Positions 9,468 to 19,095 of a DNA stretch of 64,000 nt are shown here, piece by piece. The notes below the pieces were generated by a model, which saw only the letters and a list, made by a program, of their open reading frames with translations, did no database searches and was not told the DNA's origin. Where the stretch lies: the NCBI GenBank assembly GCA_041690135.1, contig JAWLHY010000009.1, forward strand, positions 32,001 through 96,000. The letters run 5' to 3'. How positions within the stretch are numbered: position 1 is the first letter of the stretch; each line of letters begins with the position of its first letter. A program made the position numbers and the translations under genes. This DNA comes from Armatimonadota bacterium (lineage in GTDB: Bacteria; Armatimonadota; SYMT01).

Positions 9468-10310
9468 ATGGGACGATTTGACTTTCTCAAAAAGCTTTCG
9501 ATAGTCACCGGCCTGAGCGTGGCCCTGGTGGGCGCTCCGGCTTCGGTCCAGGCCCAGAGCCAGGACGTGGGCCGCCAGATGGAGCAGGAGTACGGCGTCC
9601 TGGGTCGCGACACCGCCGAGGGCCGGCGGTACAACGACCAGATGGACGAAGTGGTCGAGCGGATCGTGGCCGGAGTCAACCGGACGCGCCGACGCGAATC
9701 CGGCGGCAAGACGTTCCAGCTCAAGAGCGCCAAAATCCTCGGCGGACGCTCGGACAAGCACGACCAGGTGATCAATGCCTTTGCGCTGCCTGATGGGCGG
9801 ATCTACGTGACCCTTGGTCTGCTGCGGGCAATCCGCGACAGCGCGCGTAGCGATGATGAGCTCGCCTTTGTAGTCGGTCATGAAGTAACGCACGTAACGG
9901 AGCGCCACAGCGCGCACCAGTCGAAGAAGGCGACGGAGGCCGGCCTGCTCGCCCTGTTGCTGGGCGCGGTGACCAAAAACCGGGCGGTAGAGACCCTGGG
10001 GCAATACGGTGCCGCGGCTTACGTCTCTAGCTTCGGGCGCAAGGACGAGTACCGCGCGGACCGCGGAGGGCTCCTGGCGATGCATGAGGCCGGGTACGAC
10101 CTGAATTCCGCCGCCACCATGCTCAACCGTCTGAAGTCGAAGGGCGAAGGGCAGAATAAGCTGGTTAACGGTTGGTTTGGCTCCCACCCGCTGACCTCGA
10201 ACCGGGTGGACCGGGTGCAGAACATGATTCAGGAGCTGCGCCGGGGCGGCGAGATCCGCGACCGCTCTGAAAAGGAGCTGGAGCGCGAGGACCGCAAGCG
10301 CCGCCGCTAG
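9468..10310 (+). CDS. M48 family zinc metallopeptidase (secreted)
   Basis: Signal peptide, INAFALPDG, ELAFVVGHEVTH (HExxH), EYRAD and SHP. Confidence 0.92.
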   Translation: MGRFDFLKKLSIVTGLSVALVGAPASVQAQSQDVGRQMEQEYGVLGRDTAEGRRYNDQMDEVVERIVAGVNRTRRRESGGKTFQLKSAKILGGRSDKHDQVINAFALPDGRIYVTLGLLRAIRDSARSDDELAFVVGHEVTHVTERHSAHQSKKATEAGLLALLLGAVTKNRAVETLGQYGAAAYVSSFGRKDEYRADRGGLLAMHEAGYDLNSAATMLNRLKSKGEGQNKLVNGWFGSHPLTSNRVDRVQNMIQELRRGGEIRDRSEKELEREDRKRRR

Positions 10311-10440
10311 AGAGTTTGCGCCCCCAGCGGCCAGAGGCGAATCTCTGGCCGCTGGTCCGGCAGACGCTAAAAGTTGCGCGCACTCTCATGCCGGATGTCC
10401 GGGAGTTGCACTGCGCTCCTTTTAATGGTGAGAGAATAGA

Positions 10441-10470
10441 GGGGTGGCCCGGCCGGGCCACCCCCTTTTT
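10441..10470 (+). terminator. Intrinsic terminator
   Basis: GGGGTGGCCC-ggcc-GGGCCACCCC followed by CTTTTT. Confidence 0.7.
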
Positions 10471-10517
10471 GTGTGCTGGGCAGAACCAGCGCGGCGTCGC
10501 CAGAGGAGATGTGTGAA

Positions 10518-11312
10518 GTGCGAACCCCGATCATTGCCGGCAACTGGAAAATGAACAAGAAGGCCTCCGAGGCCGAGGAACTGATCCGCGGGCTCGCCGC
10601 GGCCGCCGGGGACACGACTGCCGAGGTGGTGGTCTGCCCTCCGTTCACCACGCTCACCGCGGCCCTGACCGCGGTGGAGGGAACTGCCATCCGGGTGGGC
10701 GCGCAGGACCTCTTCTGGAAGGAGAGCGGTGCCTACACGGGACAGGTGGCCCCCGGAATGCTGACCGACCTGGGAGTGACGCACGTGATCATCGGCCACT
10801 CCGAACGGCGGGGCCGCTTTGGGGTGCCGGAGCCGGAGTTCACTCCGGAGATCCTGGCGCTGTTCGGGGAGTCGGATGCCACGGTGAACCTCAAGCTCCA
10901 CGCCGCGCTGAAGCACGACCTGGTGCCGATCGTCTGCTGCGGCGAAGTGCTGGCGGAGCGCAAAGAGGGCCGCACGGACGAAGTGGTGGCCGGGCAGATC
11001 GAGCGCGGCCTGGCGGGGCTAACTCCGGAGCAGGCGGCGGGGGTGGTCATCGCCTATGAGCCTGTGTGGGCGATCGGGACTGGCGAGACCTGTGCCGCGG
11101 ACGAGGCAGACCGCGTCTGCGGAGTGATCCGCGCCACCGTTGGCCGGATCTATGGTGAAGAAGCCGCGTCCCGGGTAAGAATCCAGTACGGAGGCAGCGT
11201 CAAGCCGGACAACGCCGCCGACCTGCTCGGGCGACCGAACATCGACGGCGCCCTCGTGGGCGGCGCCAGCCTCAAGGCGTCCGACTTCAACGCCATTATT
11301 GCCGCCGCTTGA
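10518..11312 (+). CDS. tpiA: Triosephosphate isomerase
   Basis: Motifs IAGNWKMN, GHSERR, AYEPVWAIGTG, YGGSVK and LVGGASL; GAGGAG RBS. Confidence 0.98.
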   Translation: MRTPIIAGNWKMNKKASEAEELIRGLAAAAGDTTAEVVVCPPFTTLTAALTAVEGTAIRVGAQDLFWKESGAYTGQVAPGMLTDLGVTHVIIGHSERRGRFGVPEPEFTPEILALFGESDATVNLKLHAALKHDLVPIVCCGEVLAERKEGRTDEVVAGQIERGLAGLTPEQAAGVVIAYEPVWAIGTGETCAADEADRVCGVIRATVGRIYGEEAASRVRIQYGGSVKPDNAADLLGRPNIDGALVGGASLKASDFNAIIAAA

Positions 11313-11313
11313 T

Positions 11314-11390
11314 AGGGGTCAAGGGTTGGGGGTTGGGGGTTGGGGGGCCGTAGGTCGGACCTTCAGCCTTCACCCCCTCGCCCTCGTAGG
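11314..11390. repeat. Intergenic heptamer repeats (GGGGTTG and CCTTCA(G/C) types) between convergent genes
   Basis: Tandem G-rich units followed by loosely complementary C-rich units. Confidence 0.55.
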
Positions 11391-11472
11391 AAGCCTCGCC
11401 CCATCAGCATCCAAGCAGTGCCAGCCGAGGGGATACGTATCCCGACCCGCAGGGCGTCCTCTGCCAGGTGGC

Positions 11473-12084
11473 TTACTCCAGATCCGCTTCCCGCAGCTTG
11501 TCCGAATACTTGCGGGCCGCTGCCAATACCGGAGCCAGGTCCGCAGTGATGATTTTCCCCGAAGCCGTGCGCACGCGAGCAATATACGCAATCGATGCGT
11601 AGTGACTAGCGGCAGCACTCTCCGTGCGGATGACCCACGCACTTTCAGCCTCTGTAGTCCCCGTCGGGATATCCTCAACACAGGTGCTGGAGAGTGTCAT
11701 CGTTTGATTCCACCATAGATCGAAGACGATGAAGCGCACTTCTACCGCAACGATGTGTTCCTTGGCAATTAACCCATACCGGGTGGTATACCGGTAGGGG
11801 TGCGGGTCGTCCGGCGGATAGTGGGAGTAGTCGATGGAAATCCCAGGCGTTTTCACGAAATCAATCGGGAGATTTGCCTGATGGATGGCGATCCACTCCC
11901 TTCGTAGCGACGACTTTTTATTGAGAATGTGGTCGTTTGAGATCTTGGTTTGCATCGGCCCACCATCGGCTCGAGTGACCGTTATTCCTGGGGTCTCCTG
12001 CGCGGAAGCCGTTGGTAGGGCGAGAGAGGTGCAAAGGAAGCCGCCAATCACACTTAGGCAGCCGAGGATGGCGCGAATTTGCAT
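11473..12084 (-). CDS. Hypothetical secreted protein in a lower-GC segment
   Basis: Signal peptide ending ASA-QE; visibly more AT-rich codons than neighbouring genes. Confidence 0.7.
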   Translation of the reverse strand: MQIRAILGCLSVIGGFLCTSLALPTASAQETPGITVTRADGGPMQTKISNDHILNKKSSLRREWIAIHQANLPIDFVKTPGISIDYSHYPPDDPHPYRYTTRYGLIAKEHIVAVEVRFIVFDLWWNQTMTLSSTCVEDIPTGTTEAESAWVIRTESAAASHYASIAYIARVRTASGKIITADLAPVLAAARKYSDKLREADLE

Positions 12085-12381
12085 CTTTGGTCTTCTCCCT
12101 GCTTGTATTTTTGGCCGATTTAAATGCGGGTTGTATAACGTTTGGTCTGTTGGCAAGTGAGGTGGCCCGTATCAGCCGCAAGTTGCAAGCTCCGCGTGCG
12201 CCACGAGCCAGAGTTCCGACAGAGCCTCATCTCCCGGCCGCAAGGCTGCACTCTTCCGGCCCAGTCAACGCACTGTGTCCCGGGATCGTTCTCTCCCGCC
12301 CGCCCGCACTCCTGCCAACGCCGGGAGGGTTAGCCGTGCCAGGTGGCAGAGTAGGGCGAAGCTGGTTGTCAGCGTGATCGC

Positions 12382-13665
12382 TCAATCTCTCCGGAAGTAC
12401 GCACAGCACCGGGCGCACACCGGATATGGCCCCTCGGTTGCCAGCCGACGCCGGTGGTCCCGGAATGGCGCGGTGTTCCAGATTTCTCGGAATGGCCGTT
12501 CGAGCACGTTCCCGGCGACCAACTCGAAGCAGGGAGAGACGTCCCCGTTCGGCAGGATATCCGTGCTGGTCCAGGCGCAACTCGGCACCTGCCGGTGGGT
12601 GAACCGTTCCGGCTCGCCGTAATAAACCCGCATCTGCTCGCGATCCAACTCCGGGTACACCAGCACGGGCAGACCGGAGTCCTCCCGCTTCAACCGCTCC
12701 ACCATCTCGAAGAGCGCCTCCGTGTCCACCCCCTCCGTGGCGGTGCCACCCACCCGGTCGAAGTCGAGGGGAAAGCAGTCTCCCCACCGCGCGTTGTGCG
12801 TCTCCACCATACTCCGTGTCAGGAACCAGAAGTGCTGAAAGTTGATCGCCAGCGCCCCCAGGTCTCGCGCAATCGCCGTCATTTCCCGGGCGCTCTCCCA
12901 GGTGCGGCCCGTGATCGCCGTATTGACCACGAGATACGGCCCCCGCCGAGCGGACGCTTCCTCCAGCTTGCCGGTCTTCGCTTCCTTACCGCCTTCTGCC
13001 ATCTGCCCGCTGCCTTCTGCCCACTGCCCGCTGCCTTCTGCCCACTGCCCACTGCCTTCTGCCCACTGCCCACTGCCTTCTGCCTTCTGCCTTCTGCCTT
13101 CTGGAGCGTGGAGCGCTCGCACGCCGCGGAGGGCGCGATCGAAGGTGCCGGTGACCTTCCGAGCGGCATCGTGCACGTCGCGGGGGCCGTCGAGCGAGAG
13201 GACCACGACATCAGGCGGGGCCTGGAGGAGCGCCTCCGCCCGGTGCTCGAGCATGGTGCCGTTGGTGGTAAGGACGCAGATCAGCCCGTGCTGCTTGATG
13301 TGGGCGATCAGTTGGGGGAGGTGCGGGTAGAGGGTTGGCTCCCCTCCCGTGATGCAGATGTACGGCCGGTAAGGCGCAACCTCATCCACGATGCGGCGCC
13401 AGTCGTCGATGCCCAGCCAGTCCCGCTTTCCGAACACGTCCCCATTCGCCACGAACCGGCAGAACTCGCACCGGAGGTTGCAGCGGAGCGTCGGCTTCAG
13501 TGTCAGGTACCGTGGCGGCAGGCTTTGTCCATCCCCCGCCCATCGCTCCAGGGGCAGCATGGCGTTCCGCAGGCGGTTCTGCACATACCAGTGGATCAAC
13601 GCCGGGTGCTGTCCTGCAATTCGAGCGCCGCACCGCAGGATGTGGCGAGTATTACCAGTGAGCAT
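12382..13665 (-). CDS. Radical SAM protein with SPASM/twitch domain
   Basis: CNLRCEFC (CxxxCxxC), TGGEPT, TTNG, SLDG; C-terminal C...GDVSPC...CARCC. Confidence 0.92.
   Translation of the reverse strand: MLTGNTRHILRCGARIAGQHPALIHWYVQNRLRNAMLPLERWAGDGQSLPPRYLTLKPTLRCNLRCEFCRFVANGDVFGKRDWLGIDDWRRIVDEVAPYRPYICITGGEPTLYPHLPQLIAHIKQHGLICVLTTNGTMLEHRAEALLQAPPDVVVLSLDGPRDVHDAARKVTGTFDRALRGVRALHAPEGRRQKAEGSGQWAEGSGQWAEGSGQWAEGSGQMAEGGKEAKTGKLEEASARRGPYLVVNTAITGRTWESAREMTAIARDLGALAINFQHFWFLTRSMVETHNARWGDCFPLDFDRVGGTATEGVDTEALFEMVERLKREDSGLPVLVYPELDREQMRVYYGEPERFTHRQVPSCAWTSTDILPNGDVSPCFELVAGNVLERPFREIWNTAPFRDHRRRLATEGPYPVCARCCAYFRRD
12990..13101. repeat. 16 tandem TGCC(TT/CA/CG/AT)C heptamers inside the radical SAM CDS
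   Basis: Higher-order 21-bp period, translated as repeated QWAEGSG. Confidence 0.92.
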
Positions 13666-13775
13666 TCAAACCGACTCTTATACCCACCGTTACTCCTACT
13701 CCTACTCTCACTCTCGCACCTGTGCCTCTTGGCCCCATGCTCGCTGGCGGAGATGCAGGCGTTCCGGACAAATTG

Positions 13776-14210
13776 CTACCCGCCTCGGCCGGGGATGTGT
13801 GCCTCCAGCCATGCCCGGTCCTGGGTGAAGATCGGCGGATCCACCGCTACCCATTCCCGCCGCTTCACTCCCCGGGCGACGGAGGTCTCCCCGGTCCGGC
13901 CGTCCACGTACTCGACGTCTTTCTCGATCTCCCGCACCACCACCGCGCGTCCCCGCTTGGCGCCGGGCGGATAGTTGTTCCAGTTTACGCCCTGCTCGCC
14001 GAAGAGCATCTCCTGGAGTTGGTCGCTACTCTTGCCCTGCAGCCGGTCCTGCGGAAAACAGGCTTGCGCCGCCATCTGGATCGAATTGCGAGTGGCATCC
14101 TTCTGCCGCCAGACCAGGTAGTTGAACACCTCGATGCGACGGGGTAGGGCAAAACGGGTCCGGTTTTCGTAGTCCGCCTTCATCCGGTCGCCGAGGGAGT
14201 CGGATTTCAT
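13776..14210 (-). pseudogene. tRNA(His) guanylyltransferase Thg1-like, internally deleted
   Basis: Thg1-like N-terminus (LGDRMK..YE...LPRR) joined directly to the Thg1 C-terminal part (EVFNYLVWRQKDATRNSI...NWNNYP...KRG); the catalytic RxDG and SDE segments are absent. Confidence 0.75.
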
Positions 14211-15619
14211 TGCCTGGGTGCCCGCTGGTCACGACCGTTCTGGTGCAGGACCACCGCCGTTACCTTTCCGCTCTTATCCTTTTCGAAGGTGAGTTGGGCA
14301 TCCACCACCCGGAGGTAGAACCGGCTCTCGGACTCCGGATAGATCCGGAAGGCGGGCTGTCCGGTCAACTGCACGCGGAGATGGTCATCGTTGCGCGTCA
14401 CGTTAAGCAGTACCCCCGGTGCAAACGCGTATTTGCCGGTGTAGGCATCCAGCGCCTTGCGGTCGAGTGCGATGGTCCGCGGCAATTCGATCGGCCGGGG
14501 CGAGACGCCGCGCTGCATCGCGAGAAGGCCTGAACCGACCTCATCAATCAGGCTCGTGGCGGAGTTGGCGAGTACAACTACCCCGCTCTGGCGCTCTGGA
14601 AGAAAGGCTGCGAAGGAATGGAAGCCACCGGTTTGCCCGTTGTGCCACACGGTGCCGCCCCCGGCGTTCAGGTGCCACCCGAGGCCCATGGAAGTGGTTT
14701 CATCGACCCGGAAGTGCGGCTGTCGGCTCATGCGCAGGGCCTCCGTCAGGGGCGTCTTCGCGGGTTTGAGGTTCGCCGTCAAGAACCGGGTCATATCGGC
14801 GGCGGTGGAGCGGATAGCCCCGGCTCCGGCCAGGGTGGGGAGGTCCCAGGCGGGAACAGGTTCCCCATCGGCATCGTGTCCTACGGCAAAATGCTTCCGC
14901 ATTTCGGGAGTCAGGGTGATGCGGGTCTCGGAGAGGGACAGCGGCGTGCAGAGGCGGTCGATGAGCAGGTCCTCGTAGCTCTTGCCGGCGTGACGGGCAA
15001 GAAGATGGCCCAATAGCCCCATGCCCAGGTTGGAGTAGTCGCTCTTCTCTCCCGGTTTGCGCGCCAGTTTCGTGCGAGAGAGAAAGTCGTAGAGTTGCTG
15101 CACGGTGTAGTCGGCGTAAGGGTTCTCCGGATTCTGGGGCCGGAGATTTTCCGGCAGGCGCGGCAAGGCGGAGGTGTGGGTCGCCAGGTGGAGAAGTGTA
15201 ACGGGTGTCCCCTGGAAAGTGGAGGTTTTCACCTCCTCCGGCAGGTACTTGCCCATGGGGTCGTCCAGCGCAACTTCCTTCCGGACCACGGCGTCCGCGA
15301 GCAGGATCCCGGTGAAGGCCTTGGTGATTGAGCCGATCTCGAACACCGTTCGTTCGTCGGGCGGCTGCTTTCCGGCGCCCGACGATCCGTAGGCGAAGTA
15401 GCGGGTGCCGCGTGGATCCACCAGGCCCACGACCATCCCCCGGCACCACCCGTCGCGGATCAGCGGCTCCACAAAGGCGTCGACCTGTTCCCGCTTCACC
15501 TCCGCCGCTTCTTTCAACGGTTTCTCCTCGGCCCGCGTGCAGGCGCCGACTGACCCCAGCGCTATTGCCAGACCCACGATGGTGGGGACCAATATGTTCC
15601 GGCACTTCTCGGTATCCAC
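14207..15619 (-). CDS. Serine hydrolase (beta-lactamase/AmpC-like) with C-terminal DUF3471-like domain
   Basis: FEIGSITK (SxxK), LATHTSAL, YSN, HNGQTGG; possible lipobox VGAC; GTG start after AAGGAG. Confidence 0.9.
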   Translation of the reverse strand: MDTEKCRNILVPTIVGLAIALGSVGACTRAEEKPLKEAAEVKREQVDAFVEPLIRDGWCRGMVVGLVDPRGTRYFAYGSSGAGKQPPDERTVFEIGSITKAFTGILLADAVVRKEVALDDPMGKYLPEEVKTSTFQGTPVTLLHLATHTSALPRLPENLRPQNPENPYADYTVQQLYDFLSRTKLARKPGEKSDYSNLGMGLLGHLLARHAGKSYEDLLIDRLCTPLSLSETRITLTPEMRKHFAVGHDADGEPVPAWDLPTLAGAGAIRSTAADMTRFLTANLKPAKTPLTEALRMSRQPHFRVDETTSMGLGWHLNAGGGTVWHNGQTGGFHSFAAFLPERQSGVVVLANSATSLIDEVGSGLLAMQRGVSPRPIELPRTIALDRKALDAYTGKYAFAPGVLLNVTRNDDHLRVQLTGQPAFRIYPESESRFYLRVVDAQLTFEKDKSGKVTAVVLHQNGRDQRAPRQ

Positions 15620-15752
15620 GGCAGGCTCCTTCCGCTGGTTTACTCCCCATACTACCGCACCTGACGTCTCCCGTCTCCAAACGGTTCTAACGCCAAAAAG
15701 GACACGGCGGATTTGCCGTGTCCTTACACCCCTTGAATCGGTTTCACGACTG

Positions 15753-15769
15753 GCGGGCGAGACGCCCGC
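15753..15769. repeat. REP-like palindrome GCGGGCGAGACGCCCGC
   Basis: Near-identical copy at 63799-63815; followed by CCCCTC(A/C) heptamers. Confidence 0.6.
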
Positions 15770-15805
15770 GCTCCTCCCCCTCACCCCTCCACCCCTCACC
15801 ACGCG

Positions 15806-17587
15806 TCACGGGGTCCGGGGCGCCTTTTGCCCCCGCATTGGCGCCGGGAGGACGGCCACGGCGGTCGTCGGGTCGGTGCTCTCTACCGGGGCGATGGTGG
15901 TGAAACCCTGGAGGGCGACCAGCAGCGGATGGTCTTTCCCTTGTACCCGGAGCGATGCGGGGACCGGTTTCTTCGTCTGCCGTGCCACGACGCACATGTC
16001 GTTCCAGCGGCGGAATACGTCGTAGATGGAGCGCCACTCGCCGGAGAGACCGCGGGAGCGTTCGGTCAGCATCATCCAGCGGAGTCCCTTAAAGCGCTTG
16101 CGTAGCTCGATCAGCTCGGCATCCGAGCGGGGTACCCACATGCTGGGACGGTTGCCATACCAGGCCACCAGCCACGGCTCGTCGGAAAGGGCCACCTCGT
16201 CCTTGCGCATCCCGTTCTCCAGGGCGCGCGCGGTCGCCGCTTCCCGGACGGGCCGCGTCTTGTCGCCGAGGACGAGCCGGTAGACGCCCGGATAGCCCAA
16301 CAGGAAGGCGACAAAGCCGTAGAGCGCCAGCCGGGGGACCAGGGCCTGCTGGTTCTGCTGCAGGAGGAAGGCTACGAACGCCAGGCCAAACACCAGCATC
16401 GCCGGGGCGAAGGCGGCGAAGTGGAGCATCGGCAGGTAGAAGAAGATCGTTCCGCAGAGCAGGCCCGCCACCAGCCACACCAGCACGACGCGCACGCGGT
16501 TGGTGGGCTCGTCGTCGGACCGGAAGAACATGCCCGTGAGAAAGAACCCGAACACCCAGGCCGAGGTGGTTTCCGGGAAGGCGAGCACCAGCCGGTTGAG
16601 GCCTTCCAGCACCTTGCGGGCGATGTCATCGGCCAGGCCAACATTGCGCTGAAGGAAGCCCGGCGGCATCCGGTACATCTCGAACCCGGGGCTGGCTTCG
16701 GTATGCATCCACAGTTCCTGGCCCCGCAGTCCCCAGATCGGGTTGCCCGTATACTTCAGGTTCCGGAACATCCACGGGGCGGCGACGAGCAACACAGGCA
16801 ACAGGAACATCAGCAGGGCCGGCACCCGCTGGCGGCGGAAGAACCACAACACGGTTCCCGCCATCACCAGAATAACGGGGAAGAAGGCCGGGTCCGTCAT
16901 GTAGAGCCCCACGGAAAGGAGCCCGCCCAGGATCAACTGCAGTCGGGGCAGGGGCGCCCACACGCCGGCCTGGGCCGCGGCCTCCATGTTCTGCGCCGCC
17001 ATGGCCAGGTTATAGGTGATTAGCAGCAGGGCGCTGGTCAAGAAGATGTACAGCGTGATGTGCAGCCCGGAGATGGCGTACTCCAGGGCCGGGGCACTAA
17101 AGGCGAACGCCAGTGCCGCCAGGAAGCCGACCGGCCGGCTGAACACGCGCGCGCCCAGCAAAAAGAGCACCGGGCACGTAAGCACGTAGAACAGGCCGGA
17201 CATTGCGGCGACCATATTGTCCTTGGGGCCCGCGGCGCCAAATGCCAGCGCAAGGAAGAAAGGATAGAGCGGACCGTGGGTTACGTCCGGCTGCTGGAGC
17301 GGGTTATCTCCCCGGGTCAACGCCAGCGGTCGCAGGATGTAGGTGACGAACCCCTGTCCGCCACTGAGATTACGTCCCAACTGGGCGAAGTCCATCGCAT
17401 CCGGATTCACCAGGCCCTGGAAATGAGCGCGGTAGTACAGGAACAGAAGCCCCGCCGGCACCAGGAGTGTGGCGAGGAAAAGCACCACCGCCAGCGGTCC
17501 CGACTCCCAGCGACGCTCAGCCGGGTCCATCCCCGGCGCGGTGGAGAGTGGGTCAAGTAGGGATCCGGAGTTCATCTGGCTCTGCAT
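15806..17587 (-). CDS. GT-C fold membrane glycosyltransferase (ArnT/PMT, family 39-like)
   Basis: PDAMDFAQLGRNL..G.G, HGPLYP, PWMFRN...TGNP and about 12 TM segments. Confidence 0.8.
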   Translation of the reverse strand: MQSQMNSGSLLDPLSTAPGMDPAERRWESGPLAVVLFLATLLVPAGLLFLYYRAHFQGLVNPDAMDFAQLGRNLSGGQGFVTYILRPLALTRGDNPLQQPDVTHGPLYPFFLALAFGAAGPKDNMVAAMSGLFYVLTCPVLFLLGARVFSRPVGFLAALAFAFSAPALEYAISGLHITLYIFLTSALLLITYNLAMAAQNMEAAAQAGVWAPLPRLQLILGGLLSVGLYMTDPAFFPVILVMAGTVLWFFRRQRVPALLMFLLPVLLVAAPWMFRNLKYTGNPIWGLRGQELWMHTEASPGFEMYRMPPGFLQRNVGLADDIARKVLEGLNRLVLAFPETTSAWVFGFFLTGMFFRSDDEPTNRVRVVLVWLVAGLLCGTIFFYLPMLHFAAFAPAMLVFGLAFVAFLLQQNQQALVPRLALYGFVAFLLGYPGVYRLVLGDKTRPVREAATARALENGMRKDEVALSDEPWLVAWYGNRPSMWVPRSDAELIELRKRFKGLRWMMLTERSRGLSGEWRSIYDVFRRWNDMCVVARQTKKPVPASLRVQGKDHPLLVALQGFTTIAPVESTDPTTAVAVLPAPMRGQKAPRTP

Positions 17588-17826
17588 GGTCGTTGGGGAC
17601 TGGGGGTAAGTGTAGGTTGGAGAGAAGTGGGAGACGCTCGTATATATGCCTGGGAACCCGGCGTGTGCATTCCGGTCCACCGGCAAGCGGATGCCTGCTC
17701 GGGTAAACACCGGCCGCCGCTGTTGCCTTACCCGGAATGCGAGCGGAAACGTCCCCCTCCTTACGTCGGTCGCTTCATCCTGCCGGAGTAGGAACCTACC
17801 TGACGTTGTGTACGGGAGGGCATACG

Positions 17827-17872
17827 CAAGCGGTCCCGCCCTACCGTCTTCAAGGTAGGGCGGGACCGCTTG
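17827..17872. repeat. Perfect 19-bp inverted repeat (REP-like or terminator)
   Basis: CAAGCGGTCCCGCCCTACC-gtcttcaa-GGTAGGGCGGGACCGCTTG just downstream of the lipoprotein gene. Confidence 0.75.
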
Positions 17873-17900
17873 GAGTAGCACCGGGCAGATCCTGGAGTGC

Positions 17901-18128
17901 TTACCGCCGGGTAGCCTGGGTGCGGGCCTTCGCGGCGGCCTCCTGCTGAGCCCGCTGCATGGCCTGGACCGCCTCCGCCGGCATGGGGGTCTGACCAGCA
18001 GGCTTCCGCATCATCTCTTCCTGCTGCTTGGTGATCCCGCCGCCGGAACTACCACCGCAGCCGGTGAGCACCAGTGCCAGGAAGCCGGCGAGGGCGATGG
18101 TGGGCAACGCGCAGAGCGTCCGTATCAT
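17901..18128 (-). CDS. Small lipoprotein
   Basis: Hydrophobic signal with lipobox LTG-C; directly after the DUF1559 gene. Confidence 0.75.
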   Translation of the reverse strand: MIRTLCALPTIALAGFLALVLTGCGGSSGGGITKQQEEMMRKPAGQTPMPAEAVQAMQRAQQEAAAKARTQATRR

Positions 18129-18139
18129 GGGAATGCCTT

Positions 18140-18964
18140 TCAGTTCCGTTCCGCGTCCCACATGTTGTCCTGTGGCCGGTTTGTTCCGTCCGGGTTCGTT
18201 TGCGACGGCACCATGGCTTTCACATGACCGTCGGCAAAGAGGAAATTGGCCTTCTCGGCGTGCATGGGAATGATGCCGCCGTTTGGGCCGGTGGGGTCGT
18301 ACTTGCTAGCGGTGGGGGCCCGGCTCCCATCCGGTAGCAGGCTCGGCCCGCCGGAACTATCCCACCAGTTGACGCCGGAAACGAAGCAGCCGGGCCCCCA
18401 CATCAGCACGTTTCCCGGATCGGAGGCGGCGGTCGGCCACACGTGCAGGCGTTCGGTGAGCATCACCGTGTCGGCGGGCCGGTTCACTGCCGACATCGGC
18501 TGGCTGAGGGTGCCCATCCACGATTGCGCCATGCCCATCACCCCCACCACGCGCCAGGCATTATTACGCCAGACCATGTAGCCGTTGGACACGTAGGACA
18601 GCCGGGGTGCCGCCCAACTGTAGGCGGCGGGTGGGTTCGGGTCGCGGTCGCTGGGGCAGCGGAACACCTGGATGTTCTTCACGTAGGGCGCCACGGTGCG
18701 GTACCAGGTGTTGTCCCACCATGATTCCTGCAGACCGGTGGGAAACACCTCGTCGTAGTCCTGCGCGTACATCAGTACGGCGGTGCCGAGCTGTTTGAGG
18801 TTGCTTTTGCAGCTTGCCGCCCGGGCCGTCTCCCGGGCCTGGGCAAATACCGGAAAGAGAATAGCCGCAAGAATGGCTATAATCGCAATAACTACAAGAA
18901 GCTCGATCAGGGTGAACCCGCGGGGGCGCCGCAGTGCGCCGGGGAGTTGCGAAGCTCGATGCAT
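18140..18964 (-). CDS. Prepilin-type N-terminal cleavage/methylation protein (DUF1559, H-X9-DG)
   Basis: [44 protein letters not shown] and [15 protein letters not shown]. Confidence 0.93.
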   Translation of the reverse strand: MHRASQLPGALRRPRGFTLIELLVVIAIIAILAAILFPVFAQARETARAASCKSNLKQLGTAVLMYAQDYDEVFPTGLQESWWDNTWYRTVAPYVKNIQVFRCPSDRDPNPPAAYSWAAPRLSYVSNGYMVWRNNAWRVVGVMGMAQSWMGTLSQPMSAVNRPADTVMLTERLHVWPTAASDPGNVLMWGPGCFVSGVNWWDSSGGPSLLPDGSRAPTASKYDPTGPNGGIIPMHAEKANFLFADGHVKAMVPSQTNPDGTNRPQDNMWDAERN

Positions 18965-19095
18965 CTCCTTTTCCTTTCTTCTGCTTTCTTCCGGACCTCT
19001 GATTCCTTTCGATCCTCCGAAGCTAACTCACCAACCGTCGGAGAACGAGTAGCCCGAGCCCGCACGGGGCAAGCCCGAACATGTAGGTGGAAACC

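Noticed and set aside
17636-17810. Structured leader or riboswitch upstream of the GT-C gene
   Set aside because: Stems exist (GCATTCCGG/CCGGAATGC) but match no riboswitch consensus I recognise, and such pairing is common at this GC content.
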